Positions 48,500 to 58,161 of a stretch of DNA of 64,000 nucleotides are shown here, piece after piece. The position numbers and the translations under genes were made by a program. Numbering within the stretch: the stretch's first letter is position 1; every line of letters begins with the position of its first letter. The notes under the pieces are model-generated. The model saw only the letters and a list, made by a program, of their open reading frames with translations, did not search any database and was not told the DNA's origin. Source of the DNA: an uncultured delta proteobacterium (GTDB taxonomy: Bacteria; Myxococcota_A; Polyangia; Fen-1088); NCBI GenBank assembly GCA_963767925.1, contig CAVYGB010000010.1:1024001-1088000 (forward strand). Reading direction: 5' to 3'.

Positions 48500-50005
48500 T
48501 CAATGGGCGTGATCGCCTCCGGTTGCGCGGGCGGCGAGCTGGCTCACCCTCAGGACTCCGCGGATCTCCCCCTGAGGGTCGCGCAGCGGCGTCAGGCGCA
48601 CCCGCTCGACGAAGCTGTCGCCGCCCGGCACCTCGATCAGGAACTGGCCGGTCCAGGTCTCGCCGTTGCGGGCGCGGGCGAAGGCGGCCTGGAAGCGGGC
48701 CCGGTCGGCGGGGCGCAGCAGGCTGCTGGCGCTGGTCCCCTCCAGCCAGCGGGGGTCGCGGTGAAACAAATCGGCAAAGCTCGAGGTCGCCAGGCTCATC
48801 CGCCCCTCCTGGTCCAGGAGCGCGACCGACAGGCCGCTCTCCTCGAGGGCCCGGAGGAGGTGCTGGGCGACCCCGGCGACGCGGGGCCGCGGGCCGGCCC
48901 CCGCGCCGCCAGCCGACAGCGCCGCCAGCTCGTCCTCGAGGGCGCGGATGCGGGCCCGCACCTCGTCGCTCGGCGGTCCCACCTCGGCCTCGACCGCGCC
49001 GGCCGGCGGGGGAGCCGGACGCTCGCTCTCGAAGTAGGTCACCCGGCGGGGGGGCTCGCGCGGCGGGGTGGGCCGGGGCGCGCGCTCACCCGGTGGCGGG
49101 GGGTGAGGGGGCGACGGCGGGTGGGACCCGGGGTCGCGGGTGCGGAAGATGCGCCAGCGCGAGTCGATCAGCTCGAAGCCGCTCTCCTCGGCGGCGAGGC
49201 TCTCGCTCTCGCCGAGCGAGAGCAGCCCGCCCGGCGCGAGGGCGGCGGCGAAGGTGCGGGCCACCTGCGCGTGCGCCTGGCCGTTCAGATAGATGAGCAC
49301 GTTCCGGCAGCAGACCAGGTCGAGGTCGGTGAAGGGGGGATCGCGCAGCAAGTTGTGGCAGGAGAACCGCACCCGGTCGCGCAGCTCCCGGCGGACGCCG
49401 TAGCCGGCGCCCGGCTCGGCGACGAAGTGCCGGGCCAGCAGGTCGGGGGGGATGTCGGCGGCGACCGAGGCGGGGTAGCGCCCCCCGGCCGCCCGGGCCA
49501 CCGCGCGGAGGTTGACGTCGGTGGCGAACAGCCAGAAGCCGCGCGGGCTCCCCTCGGCGGCCAGGAGCTCGGCCAGGGCCACCGCCACCGTGAAGGCCTC
49601 CTCGCCGCTCGAACATCCGCAGACCCAGGCGCGCAGCGGATCGCGGGCGGGCGGCCGCGCCTGCAGGTAGGCCCGCAGGGCGGCCTGCAGGGCCAGCAGG
49701 CCGGCGGGGTCCCGGAAGAAGCGGGTCACGCCGATGAGCAGCTCCTCGGCCAGGCGCCCGGCCTCGCCCGCGTCGCTGCGCAGGAGATGGAGGTAGGCCG
49801 CGCCGGAGTCGAGGTGCAGGACGCGCAGGCGCTTGTCGAGACCGCGGGCGACGGCGGCCGGCTTGTAAAGGGCGAAGTCGAGCTCGGCCTTCTGCGACAG
49901 CAGGGCGAGGATCTCGGCGAAGGCCGGCTGGTCCTCCTCGAGGACCGCCTCGGCCGGCTGGTCGACCGGCAGCCGGGACCGCGGAGACACGTGCTGATCG
50001 CCCAT
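48500..50005 (-). CDS. CheR-type methyltransferase with C-terminal PAS domain
   Basis: LIGVTRFFRDP, WVCGCSSGEEA, HNLLRDPPF, CCRNVLIY, LGESES. Confidence 0.9.
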   Translation of the reverse strand: MGDQHVSPRSRLPVDQPAEAVLEEDQPAFAEILALLSQKAELDFALYKPAAVARGLDKRLRVLHLDSGAAYLHLLRSDAGEAGRLAEELLIGVTRFFRDPAGLLALQAALRAYLQARPPARDPLRAWVCGCSSGEEAFTVAVALAELLAAEGSPRGFWLFATDVNLRAVARAAGGRYPASVAADIPPDLLARHFVAEPGAGYGVRRELRDRVRFSCHNLLRDPPFTDLDLVCCRNVLIYLNGQAHAQVARTFAAALAPGGLLSLGESESLAAEESGFELIDSRWRIFRTRDPGSHPPSPPHPPPPGERAPRPTPPREPPRRVTYFESERPAPPPAGAVEAEVGPPSDEVRARIRALEDELAALSAGGAGAGPRPRVAGVAQHLLRALEESGLSVALLDQEGRMSLATSSFADLFHRDPRWLEGTSASSLLRPADRARFQAAFARARNGETWTGQFLIEVPGGDSFVERVRLTPLRDPQGEIRGVLRVSQLAARATGGDHAH

Positions 50006-50197
50006 CCTTCTCCCCCCCATCGCGCCGGCGCGCCGACTGCGCGAAGAAACAAAGTGACAGCTCCCGGGAGGCAAGTACAGCGCGGCGGCACGAGGGAGGT
50101 GGCGCGCGGCCGAGGGTGTGAGGGCGCTCGCGGAGGCCAGGTAGGGGCGCCTGCTACCGGGGGTCGGCCGGGTCCGCGGGGTGTCGGGCGGGCGGCC

Positions 50198-50217
50198 TTG
50201 ACGACGTTACATTTGTA
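50198..50217 (+). promoter_or_regulatory. BlaI/CopY-type operator TACAttTGTA just downstream of a TTGACG -35-like hexamer
   Basis: TACA-N2-TGTA palindrome at 50208-50217 directly upstream of a BlaI/MecI/CopY gene. This is the known operator core for that family. Confidence 0.7.
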
Positions 50218-50264
50218 GTGCTCCTGCTATGTCAGTCGTCGCAACGACGAGACGGGAGAGACCG

Positions 50265-50675
50265 ATGGCCAGCAAGACACCGGAGATCCTCGAGACGGAG
50301 TGGGACATCCTGGACGCCCTCTGGAAGGCGGAGCGAGCCACCGCCCGGCTGGTGACCGAGGCGCTGCAGGGGCGGCGGGGGTGGGCCTACTCCACCGTGA
50401 AGACCCTGCTCGACCGCATGGTGGAAAAGAACCTGGTGCAGGCGCGCCAGGTGGGCAACGTCTGGGAGTACACCCCCGGCCTGCCCCGCCACAAAGCGCA
50501 GCGCTGGGCCTGGCGCCGGCTGGTGGACGTGGCCTTCGGGGGCGCCACCGCGCCGACCCTGACCTTCGTGGCGAAGGAGACCCGCCTCAGCAAGCGCGAT
50601 CGGGCCGAGCTGCGGGCCTTGCTGGATCAGCTCGAAAAACAGGACGATCGGCGAGAGGAGAACGACCATGAGTGA
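50265..50675 (+). CDS. BlaI/MecI/CopY family repressor
   Basis: EWDILDALW, WAYSTVKTLLDRMVEKNLV. Confidence 0.92.
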   Translation: MASKTPEILETEWDILDALWKAERATARLVTEALQGRRGWAYSTVKTLLDRMVEKNLVQARQVGNVWEYTPGLPRHKAQRWAWRRLVDVAFGGATAPTLTFVAKETRLSKRDRAELRALLDQLEKQDDRREENDHE

Positions 50676-50981
50676 GGGCGTGGCTTCGCTGCTGGCCGCA
50701 GGGCTGCGGGCGCTGGGCGGGGCGCTGCTGGGCTGGGCTACGAGCGCGATCTGGCCGCGAAGCCGGAGCTGGGCGGGCGGATCGCGGTGCGCTTCACCAT
50801 CGCCGCGACGGGCAAGGTGGTGGACTCGGTCCTCGTGAGCACGACGATGGGCGCGCCCCGGGTGGAGAGCTGCGTGGTGCGCGGCGTGCTGGGCTGGGAG
50901 TTTCCCCGACCCCAGGGCGACGGCGCCGTCGTCGTGACCTACCCCTTCATGTTCACCCCCGCCGGGGCGCCCGCGCCGTAA
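50668..50981 (+). pseudogene. Collapsed BlaR1-position gene: N-terminal stub fused out of frame to an AgmX/PglI (TonB-C-like) C-terminus
   Basis: ATG 50668 with SD GAGGAG gives MSEGVASLLAAGLRALGGALLGW. A different frame then gives YERDLAAKPELGGRIAVRFTIAATGKV...SCVVRGVLGWEFPRP...VTYPFMF. Confidence 0.7.
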
Positions 50982-51085
50982 TTGAACGGCGTTCAATTTT
51001 TGCTGCCGCCGGGGGTTTGCCGTGTCAGGGAAGGCTGGGTCCAACCCGGCCCGGAACCTCGGTTCCGGGCCCAAGGAGACTCCCC

Positions 51086-51616
51086 ATGCGCGCACCCCGA
51101 TGTTTCCTGCTCCCCCTCCTGCTCGCAGCGATCGGCTGCGGCGACGACGGCAGCCCTGAGCCGGCGGGATCCCCCCCGCCCGGGTCGGCCCAGGGCGCCC
51201 TCACCTTCTGGGACGACGTGGGGCCCATCCTCAACGCCAAGTGCGTGGCCTGCCACCAGCCCGGCGGCATCGGGCCCTTCGCCCTCGACCGCTTCGAGGT
51301 GGCCGACACGCACGCCGCCCTTATCGCCACCAAGACCCGGACCGGTGTCATGCCGCCTTACCTCGTCGCCCACGACGGCTCCTGCGGCGAGTTCGAGGAC
51401 GCCGAGACCCTGACCGCCGCCGAGCTCGAGACCCTGCAGAGGTGGGCCAAGGGTCCCCGGGTGGAGGGTACACCCCGCAGCTCGACCCGCCCGGTGCGAC
51501 CCGGGATCGACGACGGCATCCCCTACACGACGCCCACCCTGGTCCCGGTCGCCCAATGGGGCACCCGCAACGAGATGTGCATCGCGATCCTGATGCTCGC
51601 CCTCCCCTCTCAGTAG
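51086..51616 (+). pseudogene. Lipoprotein with CxxCH domain; probable internally deleted copper-monooxygenase-like gene
   Basis: Lipobox AIGC and 'TFWDDVGPILNAKCVACH...GPFAL...MPP'. It then jumps directly to the terminal 'WGTRNEMC' motif. Confidence 0.55.
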
Positions 51617-51679
51617 GGCAGCGACTGGTTGATACACCGGCGGGCCAATCCACCCGCCGGTGTTCCAGCGCCGCGCCGG

Positions 51680-52047
51680 TCAGGAGGAGGCGCGGCGGCT
51701 TCGTCCTCTGGTCCAACGGGAGAGGAGCGCCAGGCCCGCGAGCCAGAGGAACGGGCCGGGGCGGGACGGAGGGCCCGCCAGGGCGCAGCCTTGCTCGACG
51801 GCGAAGCGTTCATCGATCCCCGGGCGGACCAAGAAGTCGTCGCGGCCGGCGATCGGGCGGCCTCTCACGGCCAGGCCCTCGGAGGTGCAGGAGACCGGGG
51901 CGTCCTCGAGGACGGTGAAGGACGCGCCGTCTTCCCGGCAAAACACGGCGGGCGGGCTGAGGCTCCCGTTCTCTCCACGCCGCCGCAGGCGCACGCACCG
52001 GAAGTCAGGATCGGGTGCACGAACCGACGCAACCGCCAGGTACCCAT
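51680..52047 (-). pseudogene. Remnant of a MYXO-CTERM protein
   Basis: C-terminus GCALAG...FLWLAGLALLSRWTRGRSRR. A signal-like start MGTWRLRRFVHPIL at 52047 is in another frame. Confidence 0.5.
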
Positions 52048-52109
52048 GCCTGCGATTATAGCCCGCGCGCACGCCGGGGGCTGACGCCCGCGCTCCCGGG
52101 CGCCGCAAC

Positions 52110-52457
52110 ATGCGCGGCCGCCTCGACCAGGAGATCGACGGGCGCGCGCAGGTGGAGCTCATCGCTCAGATGTTCGATCGGGGCAAGATCGACGCCGGCG
52201 CCCCGGACGCCGCGGCCGAGCGGCTCCGGCGGGTCAAGGAGCAGCAGCAGGTCGAGCCGGGGGGCGGCCTGTGGCTGACCAGCAAGATCCAGGAGGCCAC
52301 CAAGGGCGAGTCGGACGAGACGCACCTGAACCGCAACCTCGACCGCGCCGAGCAGGCGGCGGCCAGCAGGGACCAGGCGCGAGCCGGGCGCCTGGCCGGA
52401 GGAGGCTTCGTCGTCGAGGAGCACACCCTCGGGCATGACGGGTGCACCTGTTCTTGA
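52110..52457 (+). other. Probable gene fragment, family not recognised
   Basis: GC3-rich, protein-like codon usage over about 85 codons, with no good start or RBS. Confidence 0.3.
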
Positions 52458-52604
52458 TGGGTCCCGCCTGAAATGCGAAGACGGTGACGGGCAGATCGAG
52501 GCGTCGACCCTGCGCATGGTGGCCCCGCCCGGGTCGTCCACGCTCGGAAAAAAACGGCTAATGGCCAGCAGCCCGAGGGTCACGGCGGCGGCCCCCAGCA
52601 AGGA

Positions 52605-53228
52605 TTGACCATGCAGATGAAGAAGCATCTGGCTGCCCCGGCGGTGGCCGTGCTGCTCGGCCTGGGCGCCGCGTGGCTGGTTTTCAGGGGCGATGGGGCG
52701 CGGGAGCAGGGTCGTGAGACCGGGCCCCCCTCGCGCCAGCCCGGGCGCACCCCCGCTGCGGCGAGCTCGCAGGCGCCTGCGCTCCGCACGCCGGTCTTCG
52801 CCAGCAACACCAGCTCCGATCTCGCCGCCGACGAGGCGACGCCGGGATCGCCCGCGTATCGGCCCCAGAAGTACCTCATGGCGATCGGGGTGAAGGGGAT
52901 CTTCGAGCGCGAGGCTCGGGACGAGCCCTGGGCTGCGCCGATGGAGAAGCACCTCTCCGCGGCGATCTCCCGCGACCTCGCCGCCATGTTGCGGGTCGAT
53001 CCGTCCGCCGTCTCCATGGAGTGTCGGACGACGGCCTGCAGGATGTCCCTCTCCGCCGAGGTCGACATGGCGCGCGTGCAGGAGCTCATGCGCGTCCTCT
53101 ATCTCTCGAACGGGGGCAGCACCGACCCCGCCACCCGGACTCATTACTTCCTGTTTTCGGGGACCGTCTTCGACCCCCACGGCGATCCGGCCCACACCAT
53201 CGCCAGATCGAGCGGCGGCGAAAGATGA
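52605..53228 (+). CDS. Hypothetical membrane-anchored protein (DEPWA...ECRTTACR motif)
   Basis: N-terminal TM helix, low-complexity linker and a Cys-pair domain. Confidence 0.6.
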   Translation: MTMQMKKHLAAPAVAVLLGLGAAWLVFRGDGAREQGRETGPPSRQPGRTPAAASSQAPALRTPVFASNTSSDLAADEATPGSPAYRPQKYLMAIGVKGIFEREARDEPWAAPMEKHLSAAISRDLAAMLRVDPSAVSMECRTTACRMSLSAEVDMARVQELMRVLYLSNGGSTDPATRTHYFLFSGTVFDPHGDPAHTIARSSGGER

Positions 53229-53311
53229 ACCTCTCGGCGATCGCCCGCCGCGTACCGATGTTCCTCGGGACCATCAAGCTCTTTCGCCCCGAGGAGTTTC
53301 CCCAGCCATGA
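53225..53311 (+). other. 28-codon ORF coupled by ATGA overlaps on both sides
   Basis: MNLSAIARRVPMFLGTIKLFRPEEFPQP. Its start overlaps the upstream stop and its stop overlaps the downstream start. Confidence 0.45.
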
Positions 53312-53961
53312 AACCCATCGCCATGTTCTTCGCGCTCGCAACAGCGACCTTCGCGGTCGCAGGCCTCTTCCTGCGGCGACCACCGTCCGGGTCGGGCCAG
53401 GCATCACGCGGCGGTGACGTCACGGCGGTGACGGCGTCGCACCCGATCACTAAAGTCCCGGCGCCGCTCGTGACACCGGCGGTCCGCACCGAAGGTGCCG
53501 CCCGGCGCGTACAGCCCCTCGGGCGCAGCCTGCTCGACGACGAGCGCTGGAACGATCTCCTGCGGGCGTCGATCTCCGATCCGCGGGCCAACCTGCTGAT
53601 CGGGGCCCTGGTGTCCTGGGTGTCTCAGCGATCCCGGCGCTGCCTGCCGTCCATCGACGAGGCGCGAGCGAGCTCTGCCGTGCGCGTTGTCGTGAGGATG
53701 TCTTCGACGGCCGAGAGCGCGGCGATCGATGGTCACGCCGCCGACGTCCGGGTCATCGAGGGCGCACCGCTCGACGAGAAGACACTCCAGTGCGTGCGAG
53801 AGGCGATCGCGGCCTCGGACACCGTCACGTTGGCGTCGATCGACCCTCAGAGGCTGGCTGCAGTGGCAAGCCGCCTCCCCAGAGGAACCCGGCCCTCGTT
53901 TCCCGACGGCTTCCAGGGATCGGCGGGCATGACCCTGAACGTCCGTTGCCGCGGCGGCTGA
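53308..53961 (+). CDS. Hypothetical membrane-anchored/exported protein
   Basis: Hydrophobic N-terminus and SD GAGGAG. C-terminal alpha/beta region with paired Cys. Confidence 0.55.
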   Translation: MKPIAMFFALATATFAVAGLFLRRPPSGSGQASRGGDVTAVTASHPITKVPAPLVTPAVRTEGAARRVQPLGRSLLDDERWNDLLRASISDPRANLLIGALVSWVSQRSRRCLPSIDEARASSAVRVVVRMSSTAESAAIDGHAADVRVIEGAPLDEKTLQCVREAIAASDTVTLASIDPQRLAAVASRLPRGTRPSFPDGFQGSAGMTLNVRCRGG

Positions 53962-54293
53962 AGATTTCGCGCTGGAGCTCCATGGCAAACCGGTCGATCT
54001 TCACCCTGAAATACGAGGATCTGGTGACCGCTCCCGAAACGACAATCCAGGCGATGTTCGATCACCTCGGCGAGGAGACACCGGCGGGCTTCGTCCAGAA
54101 GGTCTTTGACCGCCCCCTCGAGCATGGCCCTCTGCACATTGGCCAGGGAGACCCAGGGATGCTCTCGGGCATGCGAAACCGCTTCGACCCGTCGAGCATC
54201 GGACGCTGGAGAAGCCTGAACCAACACCTCGTTCGAAGCGTGGCCGACCTCGTCAACCCCGGCCTCGCCTGCTGGGGCTATCAGACCGTTTGA
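53962..54293 (+). pseudogene. Sulfotransferase C-terminal fragment
   Basis: LKYEDLVTAPETTIQAMFDHLG...SIGRWR...WGY. The N-terminal PAPS-binding loop is absent. Confidence 0.7.
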
Positions 54294-54343
54294 GACGCCC
54301 CTGTGGGTGCGACGGCGTGACGTCGGGTTCGAGTGGGGACCTT

Positions 54344-54952
54344 CTAGCGGACGACGACGAGGACGTGGCCGGGGCCGCCTGCGACGCGATCGAGCTGGGT
54401 GGCGGGGACGTCTTCGGTGACGGCGGCTCCGACGGCTTCGTTGTCGTAGACGAGGGTCGGGGCATACTGGGCCTTGGTGTAGTCGAAGAGCTTCTTGAGC
54501 GAGCAGCCGGGGCCGTCCTCGTTGCCGATGTTGCTGCAGGCGGCGATGCTGTCGCCGAGCACGACGAGCCGGGCGGGCCGCGGACGGCCGGCCCCCGGGG
54601 ACCCGGGCACGGCGGGGGCTCCGCCCACGCCACCCGCGCCCCCCGCTCCCGCGGTCCCGGCGCCGCCGCTGCCGCCGGTCGCGCCCCCGCTGCCCGGTCC
54701 CACCCCGCCGCCGCTGCCGCCGGTCGCGCTGCCCCCGCCCGGTCCCACGGCGCCGCCGCCGCCAGCCGCGCCGCCCGTCCCGGGGTCGCGGCTCCCCCCT
54801 GCGCTCCCACCCGCGCCGGCCGCCCCGGGGCCTCCCCGGCCACCCGCCCCCTCCCCGGTGGTCGGCCCCGTGTGATCGCCTTCGCTACCACGGGCAAGGG
54901 CCAGGGCGGTGGCCAGCAGGCAGGCGGTGACCGGGACGCGGAGGGTATTCAT
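54344..54952 (-). pseudogene. Truncated SGNH/GDSL hydrolase
   Basis: Signal-like N-terminus, Gly-rich linker, VVLGDSI and NEAVGAA. Stops before blocks III and V. The lipobox position reads R rather than C (LALARG). Confidence 0.65.
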
Positions 54953-55101
54953 AGGCTGACTTTTTTGTTCCGGTTCTAAACACAGGGCCCCGCCGAAAGG
55001 CAAAGCCCACGCGCCGCGCTGGCGGGTAGGCAGTACCTTTGAAAGCAGGGCACTTCCCTTGCGAGGGGGGATTCGCTGTTGCAGGTAGGCGGGTGGCCGG
55101 T

Positions 55102-56451
55102 ATGCGAGATTCCCTTCCGACGGGTGCGTCCGATGACCCGCGGCGCTGGCACGCAATCCTGGCCAGCCTCGAGGAGTCGGTGCGCGAAGCCCAGGCCGCC
55201 CTGGAGCGCGAGCGCCGCCGGGCCCGGCTTCTGGCCGACGTGAGCCGCAGCCTGGCACAATCTTTCGAGCAGCGGCCCGAGCGGCGGCTGCAGGCGGTGG
55301 CTGACCGGATCGCGCCCGAGCTGGCCGACTGGTGCCTGGTCGATGGTCCCGACGAGACCGGGCCGGATCGCTTCGTGCGCCTGGGCCTGGCCCATCCCGA
55401 CGCGGCCGACGCCGCTCTGCTCGACCGGCTGGGACGGCCGGGCAGCCGGGTCCAGGTGCGTTCCGACCCTCCCGGCCTCGTCACCCGCAGCACGGAGGGG
55501 GGCGCGTGGGGGCGGCGCAATCTGCTGCGCCTGCTCGGGGGCGACAGCCTCATCGGCGCCCCCCTGCTCGCGCGCGGCAAGCTGCTGGGCGCGCTGACCC
55601 TGGTGCGGGTGGGGCACCGCCCGCACCTGCTGCCCGCCGACCTCGAGCTGGCGGTCCAGCTCGCCGATCGCGGCGCGGCCGCGCTCGACTGCGTCTGCCT
55701 GCACCGGGAGGCTCAGGAGGCGCTTCACGTCCGCGACGAGTTCATGTCGATCGCCTCGCACGAGCTCAAGACGCCGCTGACCCCCTTGCAGCTCCAGATC
55801 CACACCCTGGAGAAGCGCACGCGCGACCTGGTCCGGGACGACAGCAGCGGCATCTGGCTGGAGGACCACCTGGCCACCATCCGCCGGCAGAGCGATCGGC
55901 TGGACCGTCTGGTGGGCGAGCTGCTCGACATGTCCCGCCTGATGCACGGGCGGCTGCACCTCGAGCTCGAGCGGGTGGACCTGCGGGAGGTCACCCGGGC
56001 GGCGGTGGCCGACTTCGCCGGGCGCACCGACCTGCCGCGCTCCGAGGTGCGGGTCGAGATCGCGCCTGGCATCATGGGGCACTGGGACCGCCTGCGGCTC
56101 GAGCAGGTGATCTCCCACCTGCTGTCGAACGCCCTCAAATACGGCCAGGGCCAGCCCATCACCATCGAGGGCCGGGTGGCTGGCGGGCAAGCCCTCTTCA
56201 CCGTCGAGGACCACGGCATCGGCATCGCGCCCGCGGACCAGGATCGGGTGTTCGGGCGCTTCGAGCGGGCGGTCCCCAGCCGGCACTACGGCGGGTTCGG
56301 CCTGGGCCTGTTCATCGCCCGCCAGGTGGTCGAGGCCCTCGGCGGGATGATCACGATCTCCTCCGAGCCGGGCAAGGGCGCGGCCTTCACGGTGAGCCTG
56401 CCGCTCGCCGGCCCCCGCCCCGGCGCCCCCGCGACCGGCGGGGTCACCTAG
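55102..56451 (+). CDS. GAF-domain sensor histidine kinase
   Basis: LADWCLVD GAF, ASHELKTPL, NALKYG, DHGIGI, GLGLFI. Confidence 0.92.
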   Translation: MRDSLPTGASDDPRRWHAILASLEESVREAQAALERERRRARLLADVSRSLAQSFEQRPERRLQAVADRIAPELADWCLVDGPDETGPDRFVRLGLAHPDAADAALLDRLGRPGSRVQVRSDPPGLVTRSTEGGAWGRRNLLRLLGGDSLIGAPLLARGKLLGALTLVRVGHRPHLLPADLELAVQLADRGAAALDCVCLHREAQEALHVRDEFMSIASHELKTPLTPLQLQIHTLEKRTRDLVRDDSSGIWLEDHLATIRRQSDRLDRLVGELLDMSRLMHGRLHLELERVDLREVTRAAVADFAGRTDLPRSEVRVEIAPGIMGHWDRLRLEQVISHLLSNALKYGQGQPITIEGRVAGGQALFTVEDHGIGIAPADQDRVFGRFERAVPSRHYGGFGLGLFIARQVVEALGGMITISSEPGKGAAFTVSLPLAGPRPGAPATGGVT

Positions 56452-56516
56452 CCACCCACCCCTTCCCACCTCCAGCGGCGGGCGGTTTCCGTCGTTCCCT
56501 CTGGGGAGATCTGGCG

Positions 56517-58112
56517 ATGAGCCTCGAAGGCAGCCTCGAGCACGTCCGCGCCGTCGATGTCGTGCAGTTCATCCACATCGGCCGGCGGACGGGCACCCTC
56601 AAGATCCGCAACCCGCCCAGCGAGGCGGTGCTGGGGTTCCGCGAGGGGCAGCTCATCAACGCCACGCTCACCGGCGCGCCCCGGCTGGGCGAGCTGCTCA
56701 TCCTGGCGGGGCTCCTCTCCCCCTCCGACCTCGAGTCCACCCTGGCGATCCAGCAGGGGCAGCACCCCCGGCGATCGCTGGGGAAGCTCCTCCTCGATCA
56801 GGGGCTGGTCCCCGATGGCCAGATCACCCAGCTCCTGGCCCAGCACTTCGCCAACGTCGTCCTCGAGGTGGTGAGCTGGCGCCAGGGCAGCTTCGAGTTC
56901 ACGCTCGACGACCTGTGGCCGGTCGAGGAGCTGAAGGCCTTCCCCGGCGACACCGCCGTACACGTCGAGGTCGACACCCGGGCGGTCCTGATGGAGGCGC
57001 TCGGCCAGGTCGATCGCCTGTCGCGCCAGGCGGGCGGCCGGGCGGCGGCCCGGGACGAGACCGGGGCCGGCGCCGCCCCCGGCGAGCTGCGCGAGGGCGC
57101 GCGCGAGCCCGCACCCGCCCCCGTGCGCCTGCCGCCCCAATCCCCCGCTGCCGCCGCCGACCCGGGCCCGGACGACGACCGCCACACCCTGCCCCGCGTC
57201 CAGGTGCTGAGCCGGGACGGCGGGCTCGCCGAACGGCTGTGCGCCGAGCTGCGCGAGGAGCGGACCCGCGTCACCACCGTCACCGCCCGCGACGCCGGCT
57301 TCTCCCTGCCGGGCGAGCCGCCGCCCATCGTCCTCGCCGACCTGCGCGACGGGGCCTTCGACGTCGACGCGATCCGCACCCTGCGGCGAGGGCGCCCGCG
57401 CGCCTCGGTCGTCGCCTATTGCCTGGCCCAGATCGGCCAGGCCCCCCTGTACGACGCCGGGGCGGTGGCCACCGTGCACGGCGAGGTGCCGGCGGTCGCC
57501 GCCTGCATCCGGAGCGTGTGCCGTTCCCGGGCGGAGCAGTCGAACGAGGCGCTCATCGCCCGCGGCCTCAGCGAGGGGTTCGCCCGCCTGCGCAAGGTGG
57601 TGAGCGACCTGCGCTCGGGCATGCTGGGCACCACCGTCTCGCTCAACCTGCTCACCGCCATCGCCGACTCCATCGAGCGGGCGATCCTCTTCGTCGTCGA
57701 GGAGGAGCAGCTCATCCCCGTCGGCTCGTTCGGCCTGCCCGTCCCCACCGACAAGCAGCCGGCGCTGAACCGGTCGCTGCGCCTGTCGCTGCGCGACCGG
57801 TCGGTGTTCGGCGCTTGCGCCGAGAGCGACCGGCCCCAGATCGTCCCCTACGAGGAGGCCACCTTGCCTGGCCCCTTCCGGGCGGTCGTCAACCGCCCCC
57901 GTTCGGGCCTGTGCGCCGTGTTCCCGGTGTCGGGCAGCCAGCGCGTGATCGCCATGATCTACGCGGACAACGGGGCCAACGACCGGCCGATGGCCGACGT
58001 GCAGCTCCTGGGCCTGGCCCTGTCGCAGCTCGGCCTGGCCCTGGAGAACGAGCTGCTGCGCCGGGCGCGCGACGCCTACCGGCAGTCGGCCCAGGACCCG
58101 GGCTCGCGCTGA
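56517..58112 (+). CDS. DUF4388 (PatA-N) protein with pseudo-receiver and GAF-like domains
   Basis: MSLEGSL...DVVQFI..GRRTGTL, RLGELL, SWRQGSFEF. C-terminal 'VIAMIYADN'. Confidence 0.8.
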   Translation: MSLEGSLEHVRAVDVVQFIHIGRRTGTLKIRNPPSEAVLGFREGQLINATLTGAPRLGELLILAGLLSPSDLESTLAIQQGQHPRRSLGKLLLDQGLVPDGQITQLLAQHFANVVLEVVSWRQGSFEFTLDDLWPVEELKAFPGDTAVHVEVDTRAVLMEALGQVDRLSRQAGGRAAARDETGAGAAPGELREGAREPAPAPVRLPPQSPAAAADPGPDDDRHTLPRVQVLSRDGGLAERLCAELREERTRVTTVTARDAGFSLPGEPPPIVLADLRDGAFDVDAIRTLRRGRPRASVVAYCLAQIGQAPLYDAGAVATVHGEVPAVAACIRSVCRSRAEQSNEALIARGLSEGFARLRKVVSDLRSGMLGTTVSLNLLTAIADSIERAILFVVEEEQLIPVGSFGLPVPTDKQPALNRSLRLSLRDRSVFGACAESDRPQIVPYEEATLPGPFRAVVNRPRSGLCAVFPVSGSQRVIAMIYADNGANDRPMADVQLLGLALSQLGLALENELLRRARDAYRQSAQDPGSR

Positions 58113-58120
58113 GACGGCCT

Positions 58121-58156
58121 TCGAAGCAGTCGGGTTCCCGCTTCGCTCGGGCCCGA
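58121..58156. repeat. REP-like palindrome, family A, copy 3
   Basis: TCGAAGCAGTCGGGTTCCCGCTTCGCTCGGGCCCGA. Confidence 0.7.
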
Positions 58157-58161
58157 GCGGG

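Noticed and set aside
54600..54880. Collagen-like or repeat element in the Gly-rich tract
   Set aside because: Ordinary myxobacterial Gly/Ala/Thr linker of the SGNH pseudogene, not Gly-X-Y periodic.
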